DNA from: a virus
Taxonomy: Duplodnaviria; Caudoviricetes
DNA length: 28,487 bases
IMG/VR virus record: IMGVR_UViG_3300047407_000107
Location: 1-28,487 of that record
Direction: 5' to 3' (one strand)
The first letter of the stretch is position 1. Each line of letters starts with the position of its first letter. Shown here piece after piece: positions 8,959-17,492 of this stretch. Under the pieces are notes generated by a model. The model was given only the letters and a program-made list of their open reading frames with translations. It made no database searches and was not told where the DNA came from. The position numbers and the translations under genes are program-made.

Positions 8959-9382
8959 AACACTGCTGGCCACCGAATATGCTTTCGTGGTCAAGGCCCA
9001 ATTCTTCCACTGGAACGTGGAAGGCCCGGACTTTGCCCAGCTGCACGGATTCTTCGGCGACATCTACAACGAAGTCTATGACAACAGCATCGACAAGACC
9101 GCGGAATACATCCGTACTCTAGATGACTATACTCCGGGCAGTTTTGAGCGTTTTGCCGAGCTGAGCCAGATCCAGGGCCAGACCCGGGTACCCCGCGCCA
9201 GACTCATGCTGGAAGAACTGGGTTCCGACAACGCCCGCATGATCGAGCTGCTGAATCATTGTTTTGGATCTGCTGAGTCCGAAAACCAGCAGGGCATAGC
9301 AAACTTCATAGCCGAGCGCATAGATGCCCATGGCAAACATGCCTGGATGATACGCAGTTTCTTGAAAGAGCAACGCGCATGA
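8939..9382 (+). CDS. dps: Dps / ferritin-like DNA protection protein
   Basis: FHWNVEGPDFAQLHGFFGDIY...DKTAEYIRTL...HGKHAWMIRS matches the Dps signature. Confidence 0.92.
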   Translation: MLKDDLKTLLATEYAFVVKAQFFHWNVEGPDFAQLHGFFGDIYNEVYDNSIDKTAEYIRTLDDYTPGSFERFAELSQIQGQTRVPRARLMLEELGSDNARMIELLNHCFGSAESENQQGIANFIAERIDAHGKHAWMIRSFLKEQRA

Positions 9383-10002
9383 GCTCGGATATCAGATCGA
9401 TACTGGAATACATGACCCAAATTGATGAAGCGGCCATCACCCCGGTGGCCGTCAAGTCAGGACTGAATGCTCAACAGCGTGGCGCTGATCAGCTCGGCGC
9501 AGAATTTCTACCGCGCAAGATAAAAGTTCTAGGCTCAGACACAGATCCTCAGCATCCCATGAAGGGCAAGGCCGTGGGCAGTAACGAAAGCCAGAAACCC
9601 AATAATCAGTTGGCCGAGACCATGGCCGAGATCGAGGAAGATATGCTGAGCCGTATGCGCCGGGATCTCAATACCTATCTGGATCAACTACAGGATCGTG
9701 TGGCCGATGATGGCAAACGCGAACGTGGCCGGCAGGGCGATCAACTGAGCGATCGTGTGCCCAATAATGCCGGATTGAAGAAACCGGAGATGGCGCCGGA
9801 ATCGGTGCAGATACGTGCTCTCCGTGACGGCTCCCTGATCGAGATCGCAGGCACACCTGATCTGGGGTTTGAGCTGCGTCGAGGTGATCGGCGCATGAGC
9901 TGCCGGTTTCCCAGTATCGAATTAGCCGAGACCATGATGGAACTGTTCCAGGCACATCGCGACAGTGGCAACCTGTCTCGAGATTATCTAGATGAGCACT
10001 AG
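9379..10002 (+). CDS. Hypothetical protein
   Basis: 207 aa, ATGA overlap, IRSILE...IDEA-type motifs. Confidence 0.75.
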   Translation: MSSDIRSILEYMTQIDEAAITPVAVKSGLNAQQRGADQLGAEFLPRKIKVLGSDTDPQHPMKGKAVGSNESQKPNNQLAETMAEIEEDMLSRMRRDLNTYLDQLQDRVADDGKRERGRQGDQLSDRVPNNAGLKKPEMAPESVQIRALRDGSLIEIAGTPDLGFELRRGDRRMSCRFPSIELAETMMELFQAHRDSGNLSRDYLDEH

Positions 10003-10067
10003 CTATATCAGTGACGGTTATCCGGTCTGGCCCGAATCCGATGGCTATGACCTCCCGGTCAACCCCT

Positions 10068-10637
10068 ATGCACCCACATGAGATCACGGAGAGCAGCGCA
10101 CCTACTGTGCGCGGTAGCTTTACCCCAGATCTGGTGGCCAGCAAGATCTGGATCATAGATCAGCTCAGTGACCTGACACCACAGCTGGGCACAGTGTATG
10201 TGTTGGGTTCGTGGTTTGGCAATCTCGGCATACTCATGCATCTAGATCCGCGTGTGCGATATGATAGATTGATCAACGTGGATCACGACCCACAGGCGAT
10301 ACAACAAAGCCGGGCCCTGACTGATCTGATTCCTCACGATCGAGTCCATCATGTGTGTGCCGATGCCAACCGCTTGGGATACAGGCATCTGGATTCCCGG
10401 GGTGCTGTGATCAATACCAGTCTGGGCAACATGAAGGATCGCGGCTGGTTCCAACGCATACCTTCCGGCACTCTTGTGGTACTCCAGGCTCGAGATCATG
10501 ACCCCGGTCAAGAATATCGTGATACCGATCATATGCTGCGAGAGTTTCCGCTTGATGTGCTCTATCGTGGGCATCGACGATTCCGCGACCCCGAAACTGC
10601 CTATACCAGATTCATGCTGATTGGGCGATGCCGCTAG
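10068..10637 (+). CDS. Class I SAM-dependent methyltransferase-like protein
   Basis: VYVLGSWFGNLG (motif I), INVD, CADAN, VINTS. Start uncertain (10011/10041/10068); 10068 gives an MHPHEITE leader. Confidence 0.7.
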   Translation: MHPHEITESSAPTVRGSFTPDLVASKIWIIDQLSDLTPQLGTVYVLGSWFGNLGILMHLDPRVRYDRLINVDHDPQAIQQSRALTDLIPHDRVHHVCADANRLGYRHLDSRGAVINTSLGNMKDRGWFQRIPSGTLVVLQARDHDPGQEYRDTDHMLREFPLDVLYRGHRRFRDPETAYTRFMLIGRCR

Positions 10638-10646
10638 AGATAAAAC

Positions 10647-10674
10647 TTGACATCACTCGTATATGTGCTATAAT
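10647..10674 (+). promoter_or_regulatory. Sigma70-type promoter
   Basis: TTGACA-16 nt-TATAAT with an extended -10 TG. Confidence 0.85.
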
Positions 10675-10695
10675 TACTGGCACAAGGAGACACAC

Positions 10696-10956
10696 ATGAG
10701 CGATCGTATATTTACAGCTGAACAAAAAGCCAAACTCACCCAGGTCATCAATGAAGGTATGCAGGTCCTGCATGAAGTGGAAACACTGAATGGTGGCCTG
10801 TCTGACACCATCAAGGCCGTGGCCGAAGAAATGGAAATCAAGCCCGGCATTCTCAAGAAAGCCATCAAGCTGGCACACAAGGCCGAATTTGGTCGCGAGC
10901 AGCAGGATCACGAACTGTTAGAAACCATCCTGACCACTGTGGGTAAAACCATATAA
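10696..10956 (+). CDS. Small dsDNA-binding protein (T4 DsbA/GapR-like)
   Basis: AAGGAG SD; 86-aa helical protein with DTIKAVAEEMEIKPGILKKAIKL, directly upstream of the polymerase. Confidence 0.6.
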   Translation: MSDRIFTAEQKAKLTQVINEGMQVLHEVETLNGGLSDTIKAVAEEMEIKPGILKKAIKLAHKAEFGREQQDHELLETILTTVGKTI

Positions 10957-10961
10957 TCTAT

Positions 10962-11026
10962 TCCTGCATCTCGGGACGAGTCGCTGGCGTAACCAGCATG
11001 AGCAAAGTCAGTGGGCTATAATCCAC
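10962..11026 (+). promoter_or_regulatory. Structured leader of the polymerase gene (three short hairpins)
   Basis: TCCTG/CGGGA 10962-10976, GCTGG/CCAGC 10983-10997, GTGGG/TCCAC 11011-11026 immediately before AAAGGAG. Confidence 0.5.
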
Positions 11027-11036
11027 AAAGGAGAGC

Positions 11037-13190
11037 ATGAGTTATATCGATGCGTTATTTGATCGTGATCACGATCGTATCCACGTGGTTGGCAGGCGTG
11101 ATGGTGAACGCTATTACCAAGAATATGCTGCCAATTACGTGATGTATTATGATGACCCGCGGGGCAAGTTCCGCAGTATCCACGGAAATCCAGTTTCAAG
11201 ATTCAGCACTCGTAACAGCAAGGAGTTTCGCAAGGAACAACGCATACAGTCGGGTAAGAATCTCTATGAGGCTGACATCAACCCGGTATTTCGTTGTCTG
11301 GAAGAGAACTACAAGGGTCAGGATGCACCTCGATTACATACCGCGTTTTTTGACATCGAAGTAGACTTTGATCCCGAACGCGGATTCAGCAGACCCGACG
11401 ACCCATTCAATGCTGTTACAGCCATTTCGATCTACCTGGATTGGCTGGATCAGCTGGTCACGTTGGTGACGCCACCGCGACACATGAGCCGGGAGACTGC
11501 GCAGGAGATCGCAGCTGAATTCCCCAACTGTTTTGTGTTTGAGAAAGAAAGCGAGCTTTTGGATATGTTCCTAAACATAATCCAAGATGCCGATGTGTTG
11601 TCGGGCTGGAACAGCGAAGGCTATGATATCCCCTATACCGTGCAGCGCATCACGCGAGTGCTCAGTCGTGATGATACTCGTAGATTCTGTCTCTGGGATC
11701 AGCTGCCTCGACAGCGTACCTTTGAACGTTATGGTGCCGAAAGCATCACATTTGATCTCGTGGGACGGGTACATCTAGACTACATGCAGCTCTACCGGAA
11801 ATACACCTATGAAGAGCGCCATAGCTACAGCCTGGATGCTATCCTGGAATACGAGGGTCTAGAGGGCAAGACCAAATACGAAGGTACCCTGGATCAGCTG
11901 TACAATCGAGACTTCCGCAAGTTCATAGAGTACAATCGACAAGACACTCGCGGTCTATCACAGATCGATCGTAAATTACGCTTCCTGGATCTGGCCAATA
12001 CGCTGGCGCATGAAAACACAGTATTACTGCCCACTACCATGGGCGCAGTGGCCGTGACCGAACAGGCCATCATCAATGAAGCTCACGAACGTGGTATGGT
12101 GGTTCCAGTACGCCGGCACAAGCTCACAGATGAAGATACCCAGGCCGCGGGCGCCTATGTGGCCTATCCCAAAAAGGGCATGCATGACTGGATCGGCAGC
12201 ATCGACATCAACAGCCTATATCCTTCCGCGATCCGGGCCTTGAACATGGGTCCGGAAACTATCGTGGGTCAATTACGGCCCATCATGACCGATCACCTGA
12301 TCCAGGAGCGCATGACCAAGCAAAAGATGAGTTTTGCCGGGGCCTGGGAAGGCCTGTTTGCCACGCTGGAATACACCGCCGTGATGGAACAGCAGCGTGG
12401 TACCGAGATCACCGTGGATTGGGAGACAGGTGAAAATACAGTGATGACCGGTGCGGAAATATGGCACATGATCTTTGATTCAAATCGTCCCTGGATGCTC
12501 AGCGCCAACGGCACTATCTTTACCTACGAACGCGAAGGCGTGGTTCCCGGTCTGCTCAAACGCTGGTATGCCGAGCGCAAAGAGATGCAGGCCAAACTCA
12601 AAAACGCCACCACAGACGAGGATGAAGAATACTGGGACAAGCGCCAGTTGGTCAAGAAGATCAATCTCAACAGTCTCTATGGTGCGATTCTCAATCCCGG
12701 CTGTAGATTTTTTGACAAGCGCATTGGTCAGAGCACCACACTCACAGGTCGCGCTATCGCACAGCACATGGATGCCTATGTAAACGAGTGTATCACGGGA
12801 CGCTATGATCACGTGGGTGATGCCATCATATATGGTGACAGTGTGACAGGCGACACCAAAATCAAAACATCCGATGGAGAATATACGATCGAGGAAATCT
12901 TCAACCAATGCCAAAATCATTGCGTCATCGAGGGTAAAGAATATGGTGGACAATATCAAAACAAGGTGATAGGATTCAATTCGTTTGAAGATAACCCAGT
13001 CATGAGCTCAGTATCATATGTCATGAGACATCATACTAAAAAGAAGATATATCAAATTGAGCTCGAAGATGGTAACACGGTAAAAGTAACCGAAGACCAT
13101 AGTGTCATGGTTGATCGAGATGGTTTCCTCATTGAAGTAAAGCCCACGGATATAAGAGATACTGACTTGATCATTTGCCTGAAGACATAA
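11037..13190 (+). CDS. Family B DNA polymerase N-part (601 aa) fused to the N-half of a split intein (116 aa)
   Basis: Exo FDIE, GWNSEGYD, YNRQD; motif A SIDINSLYPS; motif B KINLNSLYG; IIYGD then SVTGDT and block B VTEDH. Confidence 0.96.
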   Translation: MSYIDALFDRDHDRIHVVGRRDGERYYQEYAANYVMYYDDPRGKFRSIHGNPVSRFSTRNSKEFRKEQRIQSGKNLYEADINPVFRCLEENYKGQDAPRLHTAFFDIEVDFDPERGFSRPDDPFNAVTAISIYLDWLDQLVTLVTPPRHMSRETAQEIAAEFPNCFVFEKESELLDMFLNIIQDADVLSGWNSEGYDIPYTVQRITRVLSRDDTRRFCLWDQLPRQRTFERYGAESITFDLVGRVHLDYMQLYRKYTYEERHSYSLDAILEYEGLEGKTKYEGTLDQLYNRDFRKFIEYNRQDTRGLSQIDRKLRFLDLANTLAHENTVLLPTTMGAVAVTEQAIINEAHERGMVVPVRRHKLTDEDTQAAGAYVAYPKKGMHDWIGSIDINSLYPSAIRALNMGPETIVGQLRPIMTDHLIQERMTKQKMSFAGAWEGLFATLEYTAVMEQQRGTEITVDWETGENTVMTGAEIWHMIFDSNRPWMLSANGTIFTYEREGVVPGLLKRWYAERKEMQAKLKNATTDEDEEYWDKRQLVKKINLNSLYGAILNPGCRFFDKRIGQSTTLTGRAIAQHMDAYVNECITGRYDHVGDAIIYGDSVTGDTKIKTSDGEYTIEEIFNQCQNHCVIEGKEYGGQYQNKVIGFNSFEDNPVMSSVSYVMRHHTKKKIYQIELEDGNTVKVTEDHSVMVDRDGFLIEVKPTDIRDTDLIICLKT

Positions 13191-13193
13191 GTA
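13187..13193 (+). promoter_or_regulatory. Late-promoter-like motif ATAAGTA upstream of the endonuclease
   Basis: Overlaps the IntN stop codon; AGGAG SD at 13204-13208. Confidence 0.55.
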
Positions 13194-13217
13194 CTATACT
13201 GATAGGAGTATCCCCGT

Positions 13218-14168
13218 ATGGTAAAATGTCTAGAATGTGGTTTTGAAGCCAAAAGGTTACAGTGGACGCACTTCAAATATAAATGCACCGGGAAGTTCAA
13301 AAACGGTATCGAATATCTACAAATGTATCCAAATAGCAAGTTGGTCGATGATGATCTTGCAAAGTCTACTGCCATCACAAAAGAAAATATGATCAAAAAA
13401 TATGGTGAGCAAGATGGACAGATTAGATGGGACCAATATCGTCAAAAACAAGCCATCAGTAACTCTTTTGAATACAAACAACAGAAATATGGGTGGGATC
13501 GTCAAAAATTTAATGAATACAACGCATCAAGATCCCAAACATTAGATAATATGATCGCCAGGCACGGGGAGGAACAAGGGATATCTAACTGGTTATCTTA
13601 TTGTGAGCGACAAGCATATACCAACACCAAAGATTATTTTGTTGAAAAATATGGTTTAGAATTGGGTTACCGAAAGTATATCGAGGTCAACAAACGCAAG
13701 GCATCTGCTGACCCAAGAATCTTGTCCGAAAAACTTGGTATCACATTGGATGATGCAGTAATATTATTATTGTCGAGACAAAAGTTATTTTTTACCAGCA
13801 ACATAGAAAACGAATTTGTAAATGCCCTTGAATCAAATATTGGGACACTCCAACACACTTCCCAACGTCAACCATTCGGTAAGTGGTCTAATTATCTTAA
13901 TTCATATGTGGTATATGACATCAAACACCACAACTGTATAATTGAATTCAATGGTGATTACTGGCATGCCAATCCCAGCATCTATAAAGATGATGCTGTT
14001 ATAAGGGGGAAGCGAGCAGTTGACATCAGACTCAGAGATCATCTCAAGTTACAGACTGTAAAGGATCTAGGTTACCAAACACTTGTAGTTTGGGAATCTG
14101 ATTATAAAAATAATCCGCAACATATTTTAAAGGAAACTTGTGAATGGATATTGAACGCACAAAAATAA
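13218..14168 (+). CDS. Putative homing endonuclease, Vsr/DUF559-like
   Basis: N-terminal CLEC...H...C zinc finger, repeated KKYG/QKYG/EKYG helices, C-terminal YD...IIEFNGDYWH...GYQTLVVWESD. Confidence 0.85.
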   Translation: MVKCLECGFEAKRLQWTHFKYKCTGKFKNGIEYLQMYPNSKLVDDDLAKSTAITKENMIKKYGEQDGQIRWDQYRQKQAISNSFEYKQQKYGWDRQKFNEYNASRSQTLDNMIARHGEEQGISNWLSYCERQAYTNTKDYFVEKYGLELGYRKYIEVNKRKASADPRILSEKLGITLDDAVILLLSRQKLFFTSNIENEFVNALESNIGTLQHTSQRQPFGKWSNYLNSYVVYDIKHHNCIIEFNGDYWHANPSIYKDDAVIRGKRAVDIRLRDHLKLQTVKDLGYQTLVVWESDYKNNPQHILKETCEWILNAQK

Positions 14169-15130
14169 AATCAATCACTTGCCTCGGCGAAGTCGATGAT
14201 TATGTCTATGATATTAGTATAGATAATCAAGATCCTTTTTTCTTCGCAAACAATATACTTGTTCACAACACAGATAGCTGCTATTTCTCAGCTTGGCCCG
14301 CGATCCAGCAAGAGGTCGCCCAAGGTCGCATGGAGTGGAACAAAGAAACCTGTGTGGCTCTCTACAACAGCATCGCAGATCAGGTCAATGCCAGTTTTCC
14401 CGGCTTCATGGAGCAGGCGTTCCATTGCCCCCGAGACATGGGCAGTGTGATCCGAGGTGGTCGAGAGATTGTGGCCTCCAAGGGCTTGTTTATCACCAAG
14501 AAACGCTATGCTCTACAATACTTTGACAAAGAAAATCGGCGTTATGATGTTGATGGCAAGGCCGGCAAGATCAAGGCCATGGGGCTGGATCTCAAACGAT
14601 CTGATACTCCCCGGGTGATCCAGGAATTCCTGAGCGAGATCTTGGAAGATGTACTCAATGGAGCCGATCGCGAACAGGTAGTGGGCAAGATACGTGAATT
14701 CAAGTTTGAATTTTCTCAGCGGCCAGGTTGGGAAAAGGGCTCACCCAAGCGAGCCAATAATCTCACCATGTACGGTCTACGCGAACAGCGCGAAGGTAAA
14801 ACCAACATGCCCGGTCATGTGCGAGCGGCCATAAACTGGAATACGCTGCGCAAAATCAACGGCGACAACTACAGCATGCAGATCATGGATGGCATGAAGG
14901 TGGTGGTATGCAAACTACGACCCAATCCCTTGGACTGGACCAGCATAGCCTATCCCACAGACGAGCTGCATCTGCCTGAGTGGTTTCGCGAACTGCCTTT
15001 TGATGACGCGGCCATGGAGGCCACTGTGATCGATGGCAAGATTGACAACCTCTTGGGTGTTCTGGACTGGGATATCAATGCCAGTACTGGAACCCAAAAC
15101 AATTTTCAAAATCTCTTTACATTCGAATGA
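14144..15130 (+). CDS. Split intein C-half (42 aa) fused to the DNA polymerase C-part (286 aa)
   Basis: YVYDISI...FFANNILVHN then TDSCYF; KKRYA; KAMGLDLKRSDTP. Confidence 0.96.
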   Translation: MDIERTKIKSITCLGEVDDYVYDISIDNQDPFFFANNILVHNTDSCYFSAWPAIQQEVAQGRMEWNKETCVALYNSIADQVNASFPGFMEQAFHCPRDMGSVIRGGREIVASKGLFITKKRYALQYFDKENRRYDVDGKAGKIKAMGLDLKRSDTPRVIQEFLSEILEDVLNGADREQVVGKIREFKFEFSQRPGWEKGSPKRANNLTMYGLREQREGKTNMPGHVRAAINWNTLRKINGDNYSMQIMDGMKVVVCKLRPNPLDWTSIAYPTDELHLPEWFRELPFDDAAMEATVIDGKIDNLLGVLDWDINASTGTQNNFQNLFTFE

Positions 15131-16074
15131 AAATCAGCGAACTCATCAACTATCTCCGGGGCATCGAAGCCCAATCTCTAGAAGACATGCAGGCGCACCA
15201 TCGTCTCCGCATGCAGGATCTCTATCTGGCCACGTGTTTTCATCCCAATATCAAACTGGAATCTTGGTTGGATCGCATGGATTCTCGACGCCAGGCCTTC
15301 TCGGATCTCTACAGTACCTTGAATCAGGATCTAGTGGATCTCCGACAGGAAATACACAATCTCATACAGCAACAGTCACATCAATATCTCAAACAGTGCG
15401 AAGATCAATGGCTCCAGAAAGATCGGGAGTTCGAACAATCGGCTCAGGTGCTGGGTCGAACCCTTGATCTCAAACAAGATCAACGCGATCAGCTGAGATC
15501 TCTGATACTGAAACATCAGGACTGGCGCTGGCCCGGCATGATCATACGTCCTGCACATGAAGATTTTATCAATGATATGGTGAGTTTTGATCCGCTATAT
15601 CTGGTGGATGTCAATACCGAACTGTTGCAACCGGCCCTGGATCGGTTCAATCCGGTGTACCGAAGTCGTCTGTGCAGCTATCAGGTACAGGAACAGCATC
15701 AAGAGAACTTTCTAGCACAGTTACCCCAGACACAGTTTGGATTGATATTTGCCTATAACTTTTTTGAATATCGGCCCATGGTCATAATTGAAGCATGGTT
15801 TCGCAATATCCTGCAACTGTTGCAACCAGGTGGGCAGTTGATATTCACCTACAACGACTGTGATCGGCCTTCGGGCATATCGGTATGTGAGCGTGGCTTC
15901 ATGACCTATAGCCCCTGTAGCGAAATCATGATCATGAGTCAGCGCCTGGGTTTTGAAATCCTGGACCAGAGTCATGATTCAGAAATCGCCTGGATGCAAT
16001 TGGCCAAACCCGGCAACAAAATCAGCCTGCGTGGGTCGCAAACTTTGGCCAAAGTAATAGCACAACCTAAATAA
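15127..16074 (+). CDS. Putative SAM-dependent methyltransferase with a helical N-terminus
   Basis: YLVD, FGLIFAYNFFEY, LLQPGGQLIFTY; the glycine-rich motif I is degenerate. Confidence 0.65.
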   Translation: MKISELINYLRGIEAQSLEDMQAHHRLRMQDLYLATCFHPNIKLESWLDRMDSRRQAFSDLYSTLNQDLVDLRQEIHNLIQQQSHQYLKQCEDQWLQKDREFEQSAQVLGRTLDLKQDQRDQLRSLILKHQDWRWPGMIIRPAHEDFINDMVSFDPLYLVDVNTELLQPALDRFNPVYRSRLCSYQVQEQHQENFLAQLPQTQFGLIFAYNFFEYRPMVIIEAWFRNILQLLQPGGQLIFTYNDCDRPSGISVCERGFMTYSPCSEIMIMSQRLGFEILDQSHDSEIAWMQLAKPGNKISLRGSQTLAKVIAQPK

Positions 16075-16106
16075 TTGTTGTATAATCATATCACAAGGAG
16101 ACATAC

Positions 16107-16835
16107 ATGCGTGACCATTTGTTAGATTTGGTAGGACATACGTTTGATCTAGGTACCAACATCATTGATCTGGTGAAAATCAATGGCGATAGCCAAACCA
16201 CTGAGATATCGGCCTATGCCAGTGACCAGAGCGTGATTCTACAGGCCGAATTTGCCGGACCGGTGGCCGAATTCCAGGGACGATTTGGTATGCCCAATCT
16301 CAGTAAACTCAAGATCCTACTGGGGCTAGAGGAATATCGCGAAAATTCCAAAATTACCATCACTCACAAAGAAGATGGCACACCCGACGGCATTGATTTT
16401 GGCAATGCTGCCGGAGACTTCCACAACAGCTATCGATTCATGTCGGCCAAGCTGGTAGATGCTGTGCAAAAAACCGCCAAGTTCAAGGGAGCCAACTGGA
16501 ATGTGGAATTCGTGCCCACTGTGGCTGCCATACAGCGAATGAAGTGGCAGAGCCAGGCCAATGCTGAACAGACCAATTTCCAGATACGCACCGAGCAAGG
16601 CGATCTGAAATGTTATTTTGGTGATCACAGCAGTCATGCTGGTAATTTTGTGTTTCACCCAGGAATCAAAGGTACTCTCAGGAGACATTGGAGTTATCCA
16701 GTCAAGGCCGTGATATCAATACTGGATCTTGTGGGTGACAAGACTTTCCGCATCAGCGATGATGGTGTTGCACAAATCACAGTGGATTCGGGCTTGGCTG
16801 TGTATAACTATATCCTTCCGGCTCAAAGCAAATAA
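16107..16835 (+). CDS. Putative DNA polymerase sliding clamp (gp45-like)
   Basis: 242 aa, alternating beta/alpha pattern, FGMPNLSKL, YRFM, C-terminal YNYILPA; near the polymerase; strong SD. Confidence 0.65.
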   Translation: MRDHLLDLVGHTFDLGTNIIDLVKINGDSQTTEISAYASDQSVILQAEFAGPVAEFQGRFGMPNLSKLKILLGLEEYRENSKITITHKEDGTPDGIDFGNAAGDFHNSYRFMSAKLVDAVQKTAKFKGANWNVEFVPTVAAIQRMKWQSQANAEQTNFQIRTEQGDLKCYFGDHSSHAGNFVFHPGIKGTLRRHWSYPVKAVISILDLVGDKTFRISDDGVAQITVDSGLAVYNYILPAQSK

Positions 16836-16844
16836 GGATCAGAC

Positions 16845-17075
16845 ATGGAACTCGAGCAAGCTTCGGCTTTTTTGGCTGGCGCGATACTGATGGTATCGGG
16901 ATGTTTGGTGATACTGTCTGGCATCATAATTGGTAACAATCTAGTGGCCAAGTATTGGAAATCGTGGGGCTGGGACTTTTCGTCTTGGAATGTTCGTCCC
17001 ATAGAATATCTCAGCGATGAAGATGCAGATCGTATCGCCCGCAGGATCACAGCAGCACAATCACAAACAAAGTGA
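16845..17075 (+). CDS. Small membrane protein
   Basis: AAGGA SD; one hydrophobic segment AFLAGAILMVSGCLVILSGIIIG. Confidence 0.7.
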   Translation: MELEQASAFLAGAILMVSGCLVILSGIIIGNNLVAKYWKSWGWDFSSWNVRPIEYLSDEDADRIARRITAAQSQTK

Positions 17076-17081
17076 GATAAA

Positions 17082-17492
17082 ATGCAATCACAACAAGCAG
17101 CCTACCCGGAAAAGTCCGCAGATGAAATCAGCCTGGAACAGGTGATATCAGTGTTGGATCAGGCCTTCATGAGCACGGATCCACGCATACAAGAATGTCT
17201 GCGCCGACTCATGGTCACCGTGGCGCTTATCGAACCCAGGCGCGACTCTGATTTTCGCATGGCCGGACCACTGCGTCGATTGTTTGACTCGGTACGGGAT
17301 CTCCAAAATCGCGTGAATGTCCTGGAGAACTATTCGCAGCGATACCACACCAGCGTATCGGATGCTGGCCGTCTGCCCCAGGATTATTGGACCAATGCAA
17401 CCGCCAAGGATCGATGGACCAATCACCCCAGCGGATACGACGAATATCTCATGAAACAAGTGCTGGGCCAGATCGATGGATCCGGTAAATGA
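17082..17492 (+). CDS. Hypothetical protein
   Basis: 136-aa ORF tiling between neighbours. Confidence 0.7.
   Translation: MQSQQAAYPEKSADEISLEQVISVLDQAFMSTDPRIQECLRRLMVTVALIEPRRDSDFRMAGPLRRLFDSVRDLQNRVNVLENYSQRYHTSVSDAGRLPQDYWTNATAKDRWTNHPSGYDEYLMKQVLGQIDGSGK

Larger units (their letters stand above)
12840..14269 (+). mobile_element. Split intein (IntN 12840-13187, IntC 14144-14269) flanking a free-standing homing endonuclease gene
   Basis: Begins after YGD and ends VHN before TDS; visibly more AT-rich than the flanking polymerase sequence. Confidence 0.92.

Noticed and set aside
12840-14269. Group I/II intron interrupting the polymerase
   Set aside because: The boundaries are explained by intein blocks A, B, F and G, and the only non-coding gap is 27 nt, too short for a ribozyme core.
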